Assembly (NCBI GenBank): GCA_947074235.1
Contig: CAMTOV010000001.1
Span: 25,744 to 89,743, forward strand
Length of the DNA: 64,000 nt
Origin: an uncultured Bacteroides sp.
GTDB lineage: Bacteria > Bacteroidota > Bacteroidia > Bacteroidales > Bacteroidaceae
Reading direction: 5' to 3'
Shown here: positions 28,637-39,670 of the stretch, piece after piece
Numbering within the stretch: the first letter of the stretch is position 1
Layout of the letters: every line of letters starts with the position of its first letter
Program-made: the position numbers and the translations under genes
Notes under the pieces: model-generated
The model's database searches: none
Told to the model about the DNA's origin: nothing
The model's input: the letters and a program-made list of their open reading frames with translations, nothing else

Positions 28637-30193
28637 TTAAAATGGCCATATTAATGGAATCAGAAATATGGATATCAAAAAAGCTATTATATTTAATGGT
28701 AGACCAAATCGTACGAAATCCATAAACTTGTAGTTGCCTATACCTTGTACAATCATGTTGGTTTGATAGCCAATGGGTGAGGAAAAGCTAGCAGAAGCTG
28801 CCATGCATATTACTACAAAAAATGGGGTAGGGTCTACTCCTAATTGTTTAGAAACGGCCAATGCCAAAGGAAATGCTAAAGCTGCTGCGGCATTGTTGGT
28901 TATTATTTCAGTAAAGAAATTTGTGATTATAAATAAAATGGCCAATAATACATACGGTCCATAATTACTACTTAATCCTACAATGTATTTCGCGATTATA
29001 TCTGCCAACCCCGAATTGTCCATCGCTTTGCTAATAGCAAATGCACAAGCAATGGTAATTAGTATATCCCACGATATATATTTGGTGTATTTGCGTGCCG
29101 GAAATAGTTTGCACCACGCCATTACGATAGTTGTAACACACACAAAGAAGAACATATCGAGCTTAATGTTGGGGAACGACTCTTTAAACCATGGCAGCTC
29201 TCCGATAGTAGCTCCCACAATCATAAGAGTAAGTAGCGATAAAGCAAGCCATCGTTTCCACTTTTGTGCTTGGGGCTCATTATCTTTACCGTTAGACAAA
29301 AGTACGAATACAGAAGATTCACCCCATGTTGGGATAAAGCTATCATCGGCCATTACTACCAATGTGTCACCTTCGCGTAGCACTACATTATTTATATCGT
29401 CAGTAAATCGGTCGCCACTTCGAGTTTTTATCTCCTTAACTTCAGCGCCATAATGTCTTTTAAAGTTGAATTCTCCTAACGTTTGGTTGATACCCGGAAA
29501 ACGAGAACCAAGAATTGCCTCAACTCGGTGTAGCACTTCGCCTTCTTCCAACTCTTCTTCGGGCACTTCATTATCATCTCTATTATTGGGCAATAGGCGT
29601 GTTGAGAATAAAAATATGTATATAAGGCCAGCAATAGCAATAAATATACCAACTCTGCCAAGCTCAAACATGGTAAAACCATTGTAGCCAGCTTCCAATA
29701 TCATACCATGAACAACTAGGTTGGTTGAGGTTCCAATTAGTGTGCACAATCCGCCCAATATAGTAACATAAGATAATGGAATCAAAAAATTGGTAGATGG
29801 AAGTCGTCTGGCTTGTGCCCATCTCTTTATGATAGGTGCAAATATAACTACTACAGGGGTATTGTTGAGGAATGCTGAGATAAATGCAATTGAAGGAAGC
29901 ATACGTGCTTGGGCCTTAAAAACAGAAGTCTTGCTATTTGGTAAAAGCTTCTTGATAAGCTTGCCCAGTGCCCCCGATTGTCTTACTCCTTCACTTACCA
30001 AAAATAATAGTGCAACGGTAATCATCCCTCTGTTGCTAAATCCTTCCAGCATTTCTTTGGGGCTGAGAATACCAGCACAAAGAAACAATACGACTACAGA
30101 AAATAGAATCATTCCAGGACGCATTACATCAGATACCAATGCAATAACCATCCCTGTTAATGATAGTAGTACAAATATTATTTCGAATGTCAT
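28637..30193 (-). CDS. SLC13/DASS family permease with TrkA-C domain (probable sulfate transporter)
   Basis: SAFLNNTPVV, TLIGTSTNL, TNNAAA and SPIGYQTN motifs, in cys operon context. Confidence 0.88.
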   Translation of the reverse strand: MTFEIIFVLLSLTGMVIALVSDVMRPGMILFSVVVLFLCAGILSPKEMLEGFSNRGMITVALLFLVSEGVRQSGALGKLIKKLLPNSKTSVFKAQARMLPSIAFISAFLNNTPVVVIFAPIIKRWAQARRLPSTNFLIPLSYVTILGGLCTLIGTSTNLVVHGMILEAGYNGFTMFELGRVGIFIAIAGLIYIFLFSTRLLPNNRDDNEVPEEELEEGEVLHRVEAILGSRFPGINQTLGEFNFKRHYGAEVKEIKTRSGDRFTDDINNVVLREGDTLVVMADDSFIPTWGESSVFVLLSNGKDNEPQAQKWKRWLALSLLTLMIVGATIGELPWFKESFPNIKLDMFFFVCVTTIVMAWCKLFPARKYTKYISWDILITIACAFAISKAMDNSGLADIIAKYIVGLSSNYGPYVLLAILFIITNFFTEIITNNAAAALAFPLALAVSKQLGVDPTPFFVVICMAASASFSSPIGYQTNMIVQGIGNYKFMDFVRFGLPLNIIAFLISIFLIPLIWPF

Positions 30194-30212
30194 AATTTGT
30201 AGACTGTGTTGG

Positions 30213-31028
30213 TTATAGAGCTTTCTCTACAATAAACCATGGGTTTAGTAGATTCTCTTTGTTGTATCGAAGTGGTGTAGTACGATCAATTTGACACACC
30301 TTCATGCCAGCTGCTCTTGCAATAGCATCTCCTGCAGCAGTATCCCACTCCATAGTTGGAGCAAATCTTGGATATATATCTGCAGCTCCTTCAGCCACTA
30401 AGCAAATTTTTATAGAACTGCCTTTTGATAATAGCTCTATTTGAGGGTGCAATATTTTTTCTTCAGCAATAAACGTTTCAGTTTCAGGAGAAAGGTGAGA
30501 ACGAGAAGCAACAACTCTATACACATTGTCGTTTTTAGCCAATGGTAGTTTGGTTGATGTTTCAATAAGTTTTTCTATTGAAGTAAGTGTTGAATTTAGG
30601 GAGGTGATATTGGATATCTTATATGCCCCTAAAGTTTGGCTACCAAAATATAGATCTTGTTTTACCGGAACATATATTACTCCCAATACGGGTGAACCTG
30701 CATGAACTAATGCAATATTCACAGTAAATTCACCATTCTTTTTAATGAATTCTTTAGTGCCATCAAGAGGATCAACAATCCATAATGTGTCCCAAGATTT
30801 TCTAATGTCGTAATCTACACTTTTTCCTTCTTCGCTCAAAATAGGATAAGGAGTAGTGCTTAGTAAATCAAAGATTGTTTCGTGAGCCTTTTTGTCCGCT
30901 ATAGTTAGTGGAGAATTATCAGCTTTTCTCTCTATTTGAAAATCCATTGTAGGATCTTCATATATGTTTAATATCTCTTCGCCGGCTTTTAAAGCAGCTT
31001 TTATGGCTATCAGTAAGACATTTTGCAT
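30213..31028 (-). CDS. cysQ: 3'(2'),5'-bisphosphate nucleotidase
   Basis: SPLTIAD, LSEE, VDPLDGTKEF, SRSH and YPRFAPTMEWDTAAG motifs. Confidence 0.96.
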   Translation of the reverse strand: MQNVLLIAIKAALKAGEEILNIYEDPTMDFQIERKADNSPLTIADKKAHETIFDLLSTTPYPILSEEGKSVDYDIRKSWDTLWIVDPLDGTKEFIKKNGEFTVNIALVHAGSPVLGVIYVPVKQDLYFGSQTLGAYKISNITSLNSTLTSIEKLIETSTKLPLAKNDNVYRVVASRSHLSPETETFIAEEKILHPQIELLSKGSSIKICLVAEGAADIYPRFAPTMEWDTAAGDAIARAAGMKVCQIDRTTPLRYNKENLLNPWFIVEKAL

Positions 31029-31352
31029 TATAACTGTATTATTTTTATTTACCTAAGAGTCAGGTTTTTGTATAGTTGCCTTAACTACAAAGCTACAAAA
31101 ATAAAAACTTTATAGATTGGGGTAGTTTTCGGCTGTCTATTTATAACATCTTTTAGTAAAAGATTTAGGGGTTTAGGATGTTGATTAGCCTTGTATAGTC
31201 AGCGAGTTTGAAAACTATCTTATTTAACATTGTATTTTAAATCATTTTACAAGGTTAAATGTGTAGAAATATACTGTTAAATGAGATAGTTATGGATTGG
31301 TGAGTTATGTTTTATATGCTAGTGTTTTATTTCTGTGTTCTGCTCTGAAACA

Positions 31353-31393
31353 AAAATGCCCGAAACATTATGGATAAATGTTTCGGGCATTTT
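31353..31393 (-). terminator. Terminator after the SPOR gene
   Basis: AAAATGCCCGAAACATT / AATGTTTCGGGCATTTT. Confidence 0.8.
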
Positions 31394-31435
31394 ATAGTTA
31401 TTGATAACTCTTATTGAGTTGCGTTGGTTTATTTA

Positions 31436-31945
31436 TTAATAAACGCGATATAGCAACCAAGAGCCTTGGAAATCGTTGCGATTTGGGTATTTTGCTTTGA
31501 ATGCATCTCTAGCTTGTGCTGCAGAAGCTCTGTCAGAGAATGTAGAAACAGCTACACGATACATTGCAGCATCGGGATTGAAAACAATAATTGGTGCATA
31601 GCCTTCGCCAGCCAAGAAATCTCTTAAGCCTTCAGCGTTTGCTTTTAAACCAAAACTACCACATATCACGCTATAATCTTTCAAGCTATCATTGCTTCCC
31701 GATACTACGGTTACTTTTTCTTGTCTTACGCCATGTGCTGCATCAGTAGCTTTTTGTACCTGCACAGGTGCAGAAACAACTGGTGTTACAACCTCTACTT
31801 GTACTGTTTCTGTTACTTGTGGTTCAGCTAATTCTTGTTGTTTAGCTTTCTCGTATGCTTTTTTGTATGCGCTTTCGCTTGATTTACACGAAGTGAAAGC
31901 CAATAATACACATGCGGTAAGTCCTAATGCTACTTGTTTTTTCAT
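31436..31945 (-). CDS. SPOR-domain lipoprotein
   Basis: Lipobox FTSC, plus YSVICGSF…ANA and YRVAV SPOR patterns. Confidence 0.88.
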   Translation of the reverse strand: MKKQVALGLTACVLLAFTSCKSSESAYKKAYEKAKQQELAEPQVTETVQVEVVTPVVSAPVQVQKATDAAHGVRQEKVTVVSGSNDSLKDYSVICGSFGLKANAEGLRDFLAGEGYAPIIVFNPDAAMYRVAVSTFSDRASAAQARDAFKAKYPNRNDFQGSWLLYRVY

Positions 31946-31999
31946 AATCTATTTTTTAAATTAATAATTTTACTGTGAATTGATAGTTTTGCAATTGAT

Positions 32000-32404
32000 T
32001 TAATATTTTCTAAACACTGAAACTGTGTCGTTGTACTCTAGTTGTAGTGCTTTTGATGAAATATGTTTTAATGTAAATGTTCGTTGGCAATCTTCCCAAC
32101 CAATGTACTTTTCATATGTTGCACTATTATAATCGGGGAGCAAAATAATAGAAATTTTATTATCTAGCAAAGAATAATTCCCAAAAAAACTAGGATAACT
32201 TCCGGTTTCGGTTATACAAATAGCCGAAAAGCTGCTATGTTGGAAGTTGTAAAACACACTATCGCACTTGATTGTGCTACCATCAGGTAGTTCATATTGT
32301 CTTAACTGCCATTTGCCTTCAAGCTTGTCTTTGTCTGATTTAGAGCAAGAGACAAAAGTGATTAATGATACAGATAATAGTATTGTGGATATGATTTTTT
32401 TCAT
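32000..32404 (-). CDS. Lipocalin-like domain lipoprotein
   Basis: Lipobox FVSC, the LEGKWQL lipocalin motif and a C-terminal FRKY. Confidence 0.78.
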   Translation of the reverse strand: MKKIISTILLSVSLITFVSCSKSDKDKLEGKWQLRQYELPDGSTIKCDSVFYNFQHSSFSAICITETGSYPSFFGNYSLLDNKISIILLPDYNSATYEKYIGWEDCQRTFTLKHISSKALQLEYNDTVSVFRKY

Positions 32405-32406
32405 GG

Positions 32407-33174
32407 TTAAAGTGAATGTTTATGTACGATTGTGGCAGTTGCTTGACAAGTAGGCATTACTAAGATTTCGGCTATTTGTACGTGGCTGGGGGCAGATGCT
32501 GCAAAGTAAACAGAATCGGCCACATCTTCGGCTGTGAGAGGTTGCATACCTTTGTATAAATTGTCTGCTGTCTCTTTATTCCCTCTAAATCGAATAACCG
32601 AGAAGTTGGTTTCTACCATGCCGGGTTTAATGTTGGTAACCCTCAGTGGTGTATCAACTAAATCTATTCTTAATCCGTCGGAAAGGGCTTTGACGGCCGA
32701 TTTTGTAGCGCAATAAATGCTTCCTCCCGGATAGGCAGCTTCGCCTGCAATAGAGCCTATATTAATAATGTGTCCTTTATTCCTATTTATCATCTCAGGC
32801 ACAATGTATCTTGTTAAATATAGAAGACCTTTGATGTTTGTGTCAATCATTGTGTTCCACTCATCAATATCTCCATCAAATTCCTTATCTACACCTATTA
32901 CTAAGCCGGCATTATTGATAAGGATATCAATGTTTTGCCATTCGGGAGCCAACGATTCAATTGAAGAGCGCGCTGCTTCACTGTCTCTTACATCAAAAGC
33001 AATAATAAGAACCTGCACTTTGTATTTTGATTCAAGTTCACATTTTAAACTAGCAAGTTTGGCAACGTTTCTTGAATTTAAAATGATATTTGCCCCATGC
33101 GAAGCAAATAATTTGGCACAAGCTTCACCAATACCACTACTAGCACCCGATATGAAAACGATTTTGTTTTGCAT
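32407..33174 (-). CDS. SDR family oxidoreductase (YdfG-like)
   Basis: GASSGIG, NNAG, YCATK and PGMVET motifs. Confidence 0.92.
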   Translation of the reverse strand: MQNKIVFISGASSGIGEACAKLFASHGANIILNSRNVAKLASLKCELESKYKVQVLIIAFDVRDSEAARSSIESLAPEWQNIDILINNAGLVIGVDKEFDGDIDEWNTMIDTNIKGLLYLTRYIVPEMINRNKGHIINIGSIAGEAAYPGGSIYCATKSAVKALSDGLRIDLVDTPLRVTNIKPGMVETNFSVIRFRGNKETADNLYKGMQPLTAEDVADSVYFAASAPSHVQIAEILVMPTCQATATIVHKHSL

Positions 33175-33424
33175 AAGTATATATATATCTAATATTGTTT
33201 TATTTACAAAATTAGCTTTAAATATGATAACTGCTAGTTGATATCGTAGTTAAATTATTTAAATCTGCTATTATTGTTGATTATACGTAATTGTGAGCCG
33301 TAATTAATGAGGATTGAATGCATCATTTGTAGTTGAATTTTAGTGCTTTATAATTTCTAATCATGATTTTTAAATATGATTATAAGAATGGAATTAAAAT
33401 AATGTAGTACTTTTGCAAATAATT

Positions 33425-33841
33425 ATGAGTAGAATTTTAGCAATAGATTATGGTAGAAAGCGGTCGGGCATAGCTGTGACTGATACAATGCAAATTATAG
33501 CAAACGGTTTGACGACTGTTGCTACTCACGAATTATTAAGTTTTATTCTTAAATATATTTCTACAGAGCCGGTAGAGCGTATACTTGTTGGTTTGCCCAA
33601 GCAAATGAATAACGAAGCATCGGATAGCATGAAATATATAGAGCCATTTGTTCGTTCTTTAAAAAAACAATTGCCGGATATGCCTGTAGAGTATGTAGAT
33701 GAACGATTTACATCTGTTTTGGCACATAGAGCAATGCTAGATGGTGGTTTGAAGAAAAAAGATAGACAAAACAAGGCTTTGGTAGATGAGATTAGTGCAG
33801 TGATAATTCTACAGTCTTATTTGGAAAGTAAACGAATGTAA
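33425..33841 (+). CDS. ruvX: Holliday junction resolvase-like YqgF/RuvX
   Basis: ILAIDYGRKR, VGLP, DERFTS and VDEISAVIILQSYL motifs. The ATG at 33425 follows a TACTTTTG box. Confidence 0.93.
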   Translation: MSRILAIDYGRKRSGIAVTDTMQIIANGLTTVATHELLSFILKYISTEPVERILVGLPKQMNNEASDSMKYIEPFVRSLKKQLPDMPVEYVDERFTSVLAHRAMLDGGLKKKDRQNKALVDEISAVIILQSYLESKRM

Positions 33842-33864
33842 CATTAAAATAGAGATATAAAAAA

Positions 33865-34422
33865 ATGATATTACCAATTTATACATACGGTCAACCTGTT
33901 TTGAGAAAAGAAGCTGAAGATATAACAGCTGAATATCCAAATTTGAAAGAATTGATTGATAATATGTTCGAAACGATGGTTAGAGCTGATGGGGTGGGGC
34001 TTGCAGCTCCTCAAATCGGTTTGCCAATTCGTGTAGTTACTATAACCCTTGATCCTTTATCGGAAGATTATCCTGAGTTTAAGGATTTTAATAAGGTATA
34101 TATCAATCCGCATATATTAGAAGTAAGCGGTGAAGAGGTAGCAATGGATGAAGGTTGTCTGAGCTTGCCAGGTGTGCACGAAACTGTAAAAAGAGGTTCG
34201 TGTATCAAAGTGAAATATATGGATGAGAACTTTGTAGAACATGAAGAAGTTGTAGAAGGATATCTGGCTAGAGTCATGCAACACGAATTCGATCATCTTG
34301 AAGGAAAGTTGTTTATAGATCATATATCTACTTTGCGTAAACAAATGGTTAAAGGAAAGCTGAACGCTATGCTGAAAGGGAAAGCACGAAGCTCTTATAA
34401 GATGAAACAAGTTAAATCATAA
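33865..34422 (+). CDS. def: Peptide deformylase
   Basis: [13 protein letters not shown] and QHEFDHL motifs. Confidence 0.97.
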   Translation: MILPIYTYGQPVLRKEAEDITAEYPNLKELIDNMFETMVRADGVGLAAPQIGLPIRVVTITLDPLSEDYPEFKDFNKVYINPHILEVSGEEVAMDEGCLSLPGVHETVKRGSCIKVKYMDENFVEHEEVVEGYLARVMQHEFDHLEGKLFIDHISTLRKQMVKGKLNAMLKGKARSSYKMKQVKS

Positions 34423-34465
34423 AAGAAAAGAGAATGTTTTTATAAAGCATTCTCTTTTCTTTTAT
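34419..34465 (+). terminator. Terminator after def
   Basis: ATAAAAGAAAAGAGAATG / CATTCTCTTTTCTTTTAT. Confidence 0.75.
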
Positions 34466-34588
34466 ATGTGTTCGGTTTGGTCAATAAATAACCGAATACT
34501 CAAAAAATATAAAAAGATATACCATAAATACACTTTATAGTCAAAAAGCATTATTTTTGTTTCTCTTAAATTTAAGTAAATAAGTTAG

Positions 34589-36622
34589 ATGGCAAAAAGA
34601 TTATTATTTATACTACTATTTCTTCCTCTATATTTATCAGCACAAATTAATACCGACAGGGTAATGATGATAGCTCGTAATGCTCTTTATTTTGAAGACT
34701 ATGTTTTATCTATTCAATACTTCAATCAAGTTATAAATGCTAAACCTTATTTATATGAGCCTTATTTTTATCGTGGATTGGCTAAAATCAATCTAGATGA
34801 TTTTCAAGGTGCAGAAGAAGATTGCGATAAGGCCATCGAACGAAATCCATTTGTTGTAGGCGTTTATCAAATTAGAGGATTGGCGCGAATTAGACAAAAT
34901 AAGTTTGAAGGAGCTGTTGATGACTATAAAATGGCTCTAAAATATGCTCCCGAAAATATCACGTTGTGGAATAATCTTGCTTTATGCCATTTGCAGAAGA
35001 AAGATTATAAAGCTGCCGAAGAAGATTTAGAGAATCTATTACGTATAGCTCCAAGATATACTCGTGCATATTTAATGCGTGGAGAAGTAAATATGAGACA
35101 ACAAGATACAATTCGGGCGCTAAATGATTTTAATAAGGCTATCGAACTGGATAAATATGAGCCTGATGGATGGTCGGCACGTGCTCTTGTTAAACTGCAA
35201 CAAAAAGAATATGCAGATGCTGAATCGGATTTGAATCAAGCTATTCGTTTAAGTGTGCGCAATGCTGGCAATTATATTAATCGTGCTTTGGCTCGTTTTC
35301 ATCAAAACAACTTGAGAGGTGCTATGAATGATTATGATTTGGCTCTTGATATTGACCCGAATAACTTTATAGGGCACTACAATCGTGGTTTGCTGAGGGC
35401 TCAAGTGGGAGATGATAATAGAGCAATCGAGGATTTTGATTTTGTATTGCAAATGGAGCCCGATAATATGATGGCTACTTTTAATCGTGCTATTCTAAAG
35501 GCTCAAACGGGCGATTACAAGGGGGCAATACAAGATTATAGTACTGTAATTGCTCAACATCCAAATTTCCTTGCCGGATATCATTATAGAAGTGAAGCTC
35601 GGAAGAAAATCGGTGATAAAAGAGGAGCCGAAGATGATGATAATAGATTGTTGAAAGCACAGCTTGATCGTTTTAATAATACTACTTCAAGCCAAACTGC
35701 GCAAAATACGGCTAACGACGAAAATGATGATGAGAAAGAAGAGGGTGATAAAACTCGTAAGAAGTCGGATAAGAATATGAATAATTTTCGCAAAATTGTG
35801 ATTGCCGACGATAGCGAACAGACGAGACAATATAAGAGCGATTATCGTGGACGTGTTCAAGATAGGAATGTTAATATCAAACTTGAACCAATGTTTGCAA
35901 TCAATTATTATGAGAAGATAAATGCTGTAAGAAATGGTGTTAATTATAATATCTTTATCGATGAGTTAAATCAAACAGGTATTTTCCCAAAAAGATTGCA
36001 AATTACTAATCGAGAGGCTCCTTTGACAGAAGAGCAGGTTAGGTTTCACTTTGCATTAATTGACTCTCATACTTCCGCTATTGTGGCCGATGAAAATAAT
36101 GCTGCAAAAAGGTTTGCTAGAGCATTGGATTTTTATCTTGTACAAGATTTTGTTAGTTCGACTGATGATTTAACTAAGGCTATACTTCTAGATGATACGT
36201 TTTTTCCTGCTTATTTTATGCGTGCTTTAGTGCGATGCAAACAGTTGGAGTATCAACGTGCAGAGGAAGCTGCAATTAGGGCAAAAAGTGGTGAACTTAA
36301 TTCGAAGGAAGCAGTTGTTGAGTATGATGCTGTTATTGCCGACTTAAATAGGGTGATATCATTGGCTCCTGATTTTGCATATGCCTATTATAATAGGGCA
36401 AACTTACTGTCTATGTTGAAAGATTTTCGAGCCGCTTTGGTAGATTATGATAAAGCTATTGAGTTGGATCCTAATTTTGCAGATGCTTATTTTAATAGAG
36501 GATTAACTAATATATTCCTCGGTAATAACAGAAAAGGAATCTCTGATTTAAGTAAGGCCGGTGAGTTGGGCATTATATCTGCTTACAATATTATTAAGCG
36601 CTTTACAGAGCAGTCAGAATAA
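34589..36622 (+). CDS. Secreted multi-TPR protein
   Basis: Signal peptide and many TPR units (YFYRG…, YNRG…, AYFNRG). Confidence 0.88.
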   Translation: MAKRLLFILLFLPLYLSAQINTDRVMMIARNALYFEDYVLSIQYFNQVINAKPYLYEPYFYRGLAKINLDDFQGAEEDCDKAIERNPFVVGVYQIRGLARIRQNKFEGAVDDYKMALKYAPENITLWNNLALCHLQKKDYKAAEEDLENLLRIAPRYTRAYLMRGEVNMRQQDTIRALNDFNKAIELDKYEPDGWSARALVKLQQKEYADAESDLNQAIRLSVRNAGNYINRALARFHQNNLRGAMNDYDLALDIDPNNFIGHYNRGLLRAQVGDDNRAIEDFDFVLQMEPDNMMATFNRAILKAQTGDYKGAIQDYSTVIAQHPNFLAGYHYRSEARKKIGDKRGAEDDDNRLLKAQLDRFNNTTSSQTAQNTANDENDDEKEEGDKTRKKSDKNMNNFRKIVIADDSEQTRQYKSDYRGRVQDRNVNIKLEPMFAINYYEKINAVRNGVNYNIFIDELNQTGIFPKRLQITNREAPLTEEQVRFHFALIDSHTSAIVADENNAAKRFARALDFYLVQDFVSSTDDLTKAILLDDTFFPAYFMRALVRCKQLEYQRAEEAAIRAKSGELNSKEAVVEYDAVIADLNRVISLAPDFAYAYYNRANLLSMLKDFRAALVDYDKAIELDPNFADAYFNRGLTNIFLGNNRKGISDLSKAGELGIISAYNIIKRFTEQSE

Positions 36623-36708
36623 CTTTTTTAAGTGAAACATAGAATAGTAGAAAAGAATTATTTATTTTTGCATGCTTATTTAAAGAAAATAAAAATATAC
36701 ATTATAAT

Positions 36709-38649
36709 ATGATAAAGATAACTTTTCCAGATGGTTCCGTTCGTGAATACAATAAAGGAGTAACTGGATTGCAAATTGCAGAGAGTATTAGCTCTCGTTT
36801 GGCGCAAGACGTTTTGGCTTGTGGTGTGAATGGTGAAACTTATGATTTGGGTCGTCCTATTAACGAAGACTCATCTGTAGTTCTATATAAATGGGATGAT
36901 GAGCAAGGTAAGCATGCCTTTTGGCACACAAGTGCTCACTTGCTTGCTGAAGCATTGCAAGAATTGTATCCTGGTATTCAATTTGGTATCGGACCAGCTA
37001 TCGAAAACGGTTTTTATTATGATGTAGATCCAGGAGAGGCTGTGATTAAAGAATCTGATTTGCCTGCAATCGAAGCTAAAATGGCTGAGCTAGTAGCTAA
37101 AAAAGAATCTGTAGTAAGAGCTGATATCGCAAAAGAAGAAGCATTATCTAAATTTGGAAATCGTGGTGAAACTTATAAATGTGAACTAATCTCTGAGTTG
37201 GAAGATGGACATATCACAACTTATACTCAAGGAGCATTTACCGACCTTTGTCGTGGACCTCACTTGATGACTACTTCGCCAATTAAAGCTATTAAACTAA
37301 CTACTGTAGCTGGTGCTTATTGGCGTGGACAAGAAGATCGTAAGATGTTGACACGTATTTACGGTATCTCTTTCCCTAAAAAGAAGATGCTTGACGAGTA
37401 TTTGGCAATGGTTGAAGAGGCTAAAAAACGCGACCATCGTAAGATTGGTAAAGAAATGCAGCTATTTATGTTCTCTGAAACTGTAGGTAAAGGTTTGCCT
37501 ATGTGGTTGCCTAAAGGAACTGCACTTCGTCTTCGCTTGCAAGATTTCCTTCGTCGTATTCAAAATAGATATGATTATCAAGAGGTTATTACTCCACCGA
37601 TTGGAAATAAATTGTTGTATGTGACATCTGGTCACTATGCTAAATATGGTAAAGATGCATTCCAACCTATTCATACTCCTGAAGAGGGCGAAGAATACTT
37701 CTTGAAACCAATGAACTGTCCTCACCACTGTGAGATTTATAAGAATTTCCCTAAATCATATAAAGATCTTCCTTTGCGTATTGCAGAGTTCGGTACAGTG
37801 TGTCGTTATGAACAAAGTGGTGAGCTTCATGGTTTAACACGTGTACGTAGCTTTACTCAAGACGATGCTCATATCTTCTGTCGCCCCGATCAGGTGAAAG
37901 ATGAATTTTTGCGTGTAATGGATATTATATCTATTGTGTTCAATTCAATGGATTTCAATAACTTTGAAGCACAGATTTCTTTGCGCGATAAAGAAAATCG
38001 CACTAAGTACATCGGTAGCGATGAAAATTGGGAAAAAGCTGAACAGGCAATTATTGAAGCTTGCGAAGAAAAAGGTTTGAAAGCTAAAATAGAATATGGT
38101 GAAGCTGCATTCTATGGTCCTAAGTTAGACTTCATGGTGAAAGATGCTATTGGTCGCCGTTGGCAGCTAGGTACAATCCAGGTGGATTATAACTTGCCAG
38201 AACGTTTTGAACTTGAATACACAGGTTCAGACAATCAAAAACATCGCCCAGTAATGATTCACCGTGCACCATTTGGCTCAATGGAGAGATTTATTGCTGT
38301 GTTGATTGAGCACACTGCTGGTAAATTCCCATTGTGGTTAACCCCTGATCAAGTTGCAATATTGCCAATCAGTGAGAAGTTTAACGAATATGCAGAGCAA
38401 GTAAAAGAATATCTTCGTTTGAATGATATTCGTGCAATTGTTGATGATCGTAATGAAAAAATAGGTCGTAAAATTCGTGATAACGAAATGAAACGTATTC
38501 CTTATATGCTTATCGTTGGTGAAAAAGAAGCCGAAAATGGTGAAGTTTCTGTAAGAAAACAAGGCGAAGGTGATAAAGGAAGTATGAAATTTGAAGAATT
38601 TGCTAAAATTTTGAACGAAGAAGTTCAGAATATGATAAATAAGTGGTAA
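36709..38649 (+). CDS. thrS: Threonine--tRNA ligase
   Basis: TGS domain, [28 protein letters not shown] and AFYGPK motifs. Confidence 0.98.
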   Translation: MIKITFPDGSVREYNKGVTGLQIAESISSRLAQDVLACGVNGETYDLGRPINEDSSVVLYKWDDEQGKHAFWHTSAHLLAEALQELYPGIQFGIGPAIENGFYYDVDPGEAVIKESDLPAIEAKMAELVAKKESVVRADIAKEEALSKFGNRGETYKCELISELEDGHITTYTQGAFTDLCRGPHLMTTSPIKAIKLTTVAGAYWRGQEDRKMLTRIYGISFPKKKMLDEYLAMVEEAKKRDHRKIGKEMQLFMFSETVGKGLPMWLPKGTALRLRLQDFLRRIQNRYDYQEVITPPIGNKLLYVTSGHYAKYGKDAFQPIHTPEEGEEYFLKPMNCPHHCEIYKNFPKSYKDLPLRIAEFGTVCRYEQSGELHGLTRVRSFTQDDAHIFCRPDQVKDEFLRVMDIISIVFNSMDFNNFEAQISLRDKENRTKYIGSDENWEKAEQAIIEACEEKGLKAKIEYGEAAFYGPKLDFMVKDAIGRRWQLGTIQVDYNLPERFELEYTGSDNQKHRPVMIHRAPFGSMERFIAVLIEHTAGKFPLWLTPDQVAILPISEKFNEYAEQVKEYLRLNDIRAIVDDRNEKIGRKIRDNEMKRIPYMLIVGEKEAENGEVSVRKQGEGDKGSMKFEEFAKILNEEVQNMINKW

Positions 38650-38718
38650 ATTTGCGGCCAATTAAAGATAAACTAATTTTAGTATACAATAAACAAATAG
38701 GAAAGTAAACGTTATTTA

Positions 38719-39306
38719 ATGAAGAATGACAACTTAAAAGGGCAACACCGGATTAATGAACAAATCCGCGCCAAAGAAGTCCGTATTGTGTCTGATGATG
38801 CAGAACCAAAAGTATATCCCATTGCTCAGGCCTTGAAGATGGCTAGTGATAATGAAATGGATCTTGTGGAAATTTCACCTAATGCACAACCGCCTGTTTG
38901 CCGTATTATTGAATATTCAAAGTTTCTTTATCAACTGAAAAAACGTCAGAAAGAACAAAAAGCTAAGCAGGTTAAAGTAAATGTGAAAGAAATTCGTTTT
39001 GGACCTCAAACAGATGACCATGACTATAATTTCAAATTGAAACATGCCAAAGGCTTTTTGGAGGATGGAGACAAGGTTAAAGCTTACGTATTCTTTAAAG
39101 GCCGTTCTATTCTATTTAAAGAGCAAGGCGAAGTATTATTGCTTAGATTTGCTAACGACTTAGAAGAATTTGCTAAAGTAGATCAGCTTCCTGTATTGGA
39201 AGGTAAGCGTATGATTATTTTCCTTTCTCCCAAAAAGAAAGATATTCCTAAAAAGGTAGCTCCTAAAGCAGCTCCTAAAAAAGAGGAAAATAAAACTGAA
39301 GAATAA
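38719..39306 (+). CDS. infC: Translation initiation factor IF-3
   Basis: [17 protein letters not shown] and KEIRFGP motifs. Position in the thrS operon. Confidence 0.97.
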   Translation: MKNDNLKGQHRINEQIRAKEVRIVSDDAEPKVYPIAQALKMASDNEMDLVEISPNAQPPVCRIIEYSKFLYQLKKRQKEQKAKQVKVNVKEIRFGPQTDDHDYNFKLKHAKGFLEDGDKVKAYVFFKGRSILFKEQGEVLLLRFANDLEEFAKVDQLPVLEGKRMIIFLSPKKKDIPKKVAPKAAPKKEENKTEE

Positions 39307-39372
39307 TAGAAAGTGCGTAGCGCGCCGGTATAGTGCGCTTCCATATATATTAATAATTTAATAAGAATCAAG

Positions 39373-39570
39373 ATGCCAAAGATGAAGACTAACTCCGGTG
39401 CCAAAAAAAGGTTTACCCTTACCGGAACAGGTAAAATCAAAAGAAAGCACGCTTTTCATAGTCATATTTTGACTAAGAAATCGAAAAAGAGAAAAAGAAA
39501 CTTGTGTTATTCTACAACTGTTGATACAACAAACGTAGACCAAGTGAAGCAACTCTTAGCGATGAAGTAA
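39373..39570 (+). CDS. rpmI: 50S ribosomal protein L35
   Basis: [14 protein letters not shown]. Confidence 0.97.
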   Translation: MPKMKTNSGAKKRFTLTGTGKIKRKHAFHSHILTKKSKKRKRNLCYSTTVDTTNVDQVKQLLAMK

Positions 39571-39670
39571 TCAAAGCGTGAAAGTATTTTAAAGTTATTA
39601 TTAACCGAATGCATTAGCTTAAAGTTCGTAGCATATAGGCGCGGCGCTAACATTCAAAAACAGTAAAACT

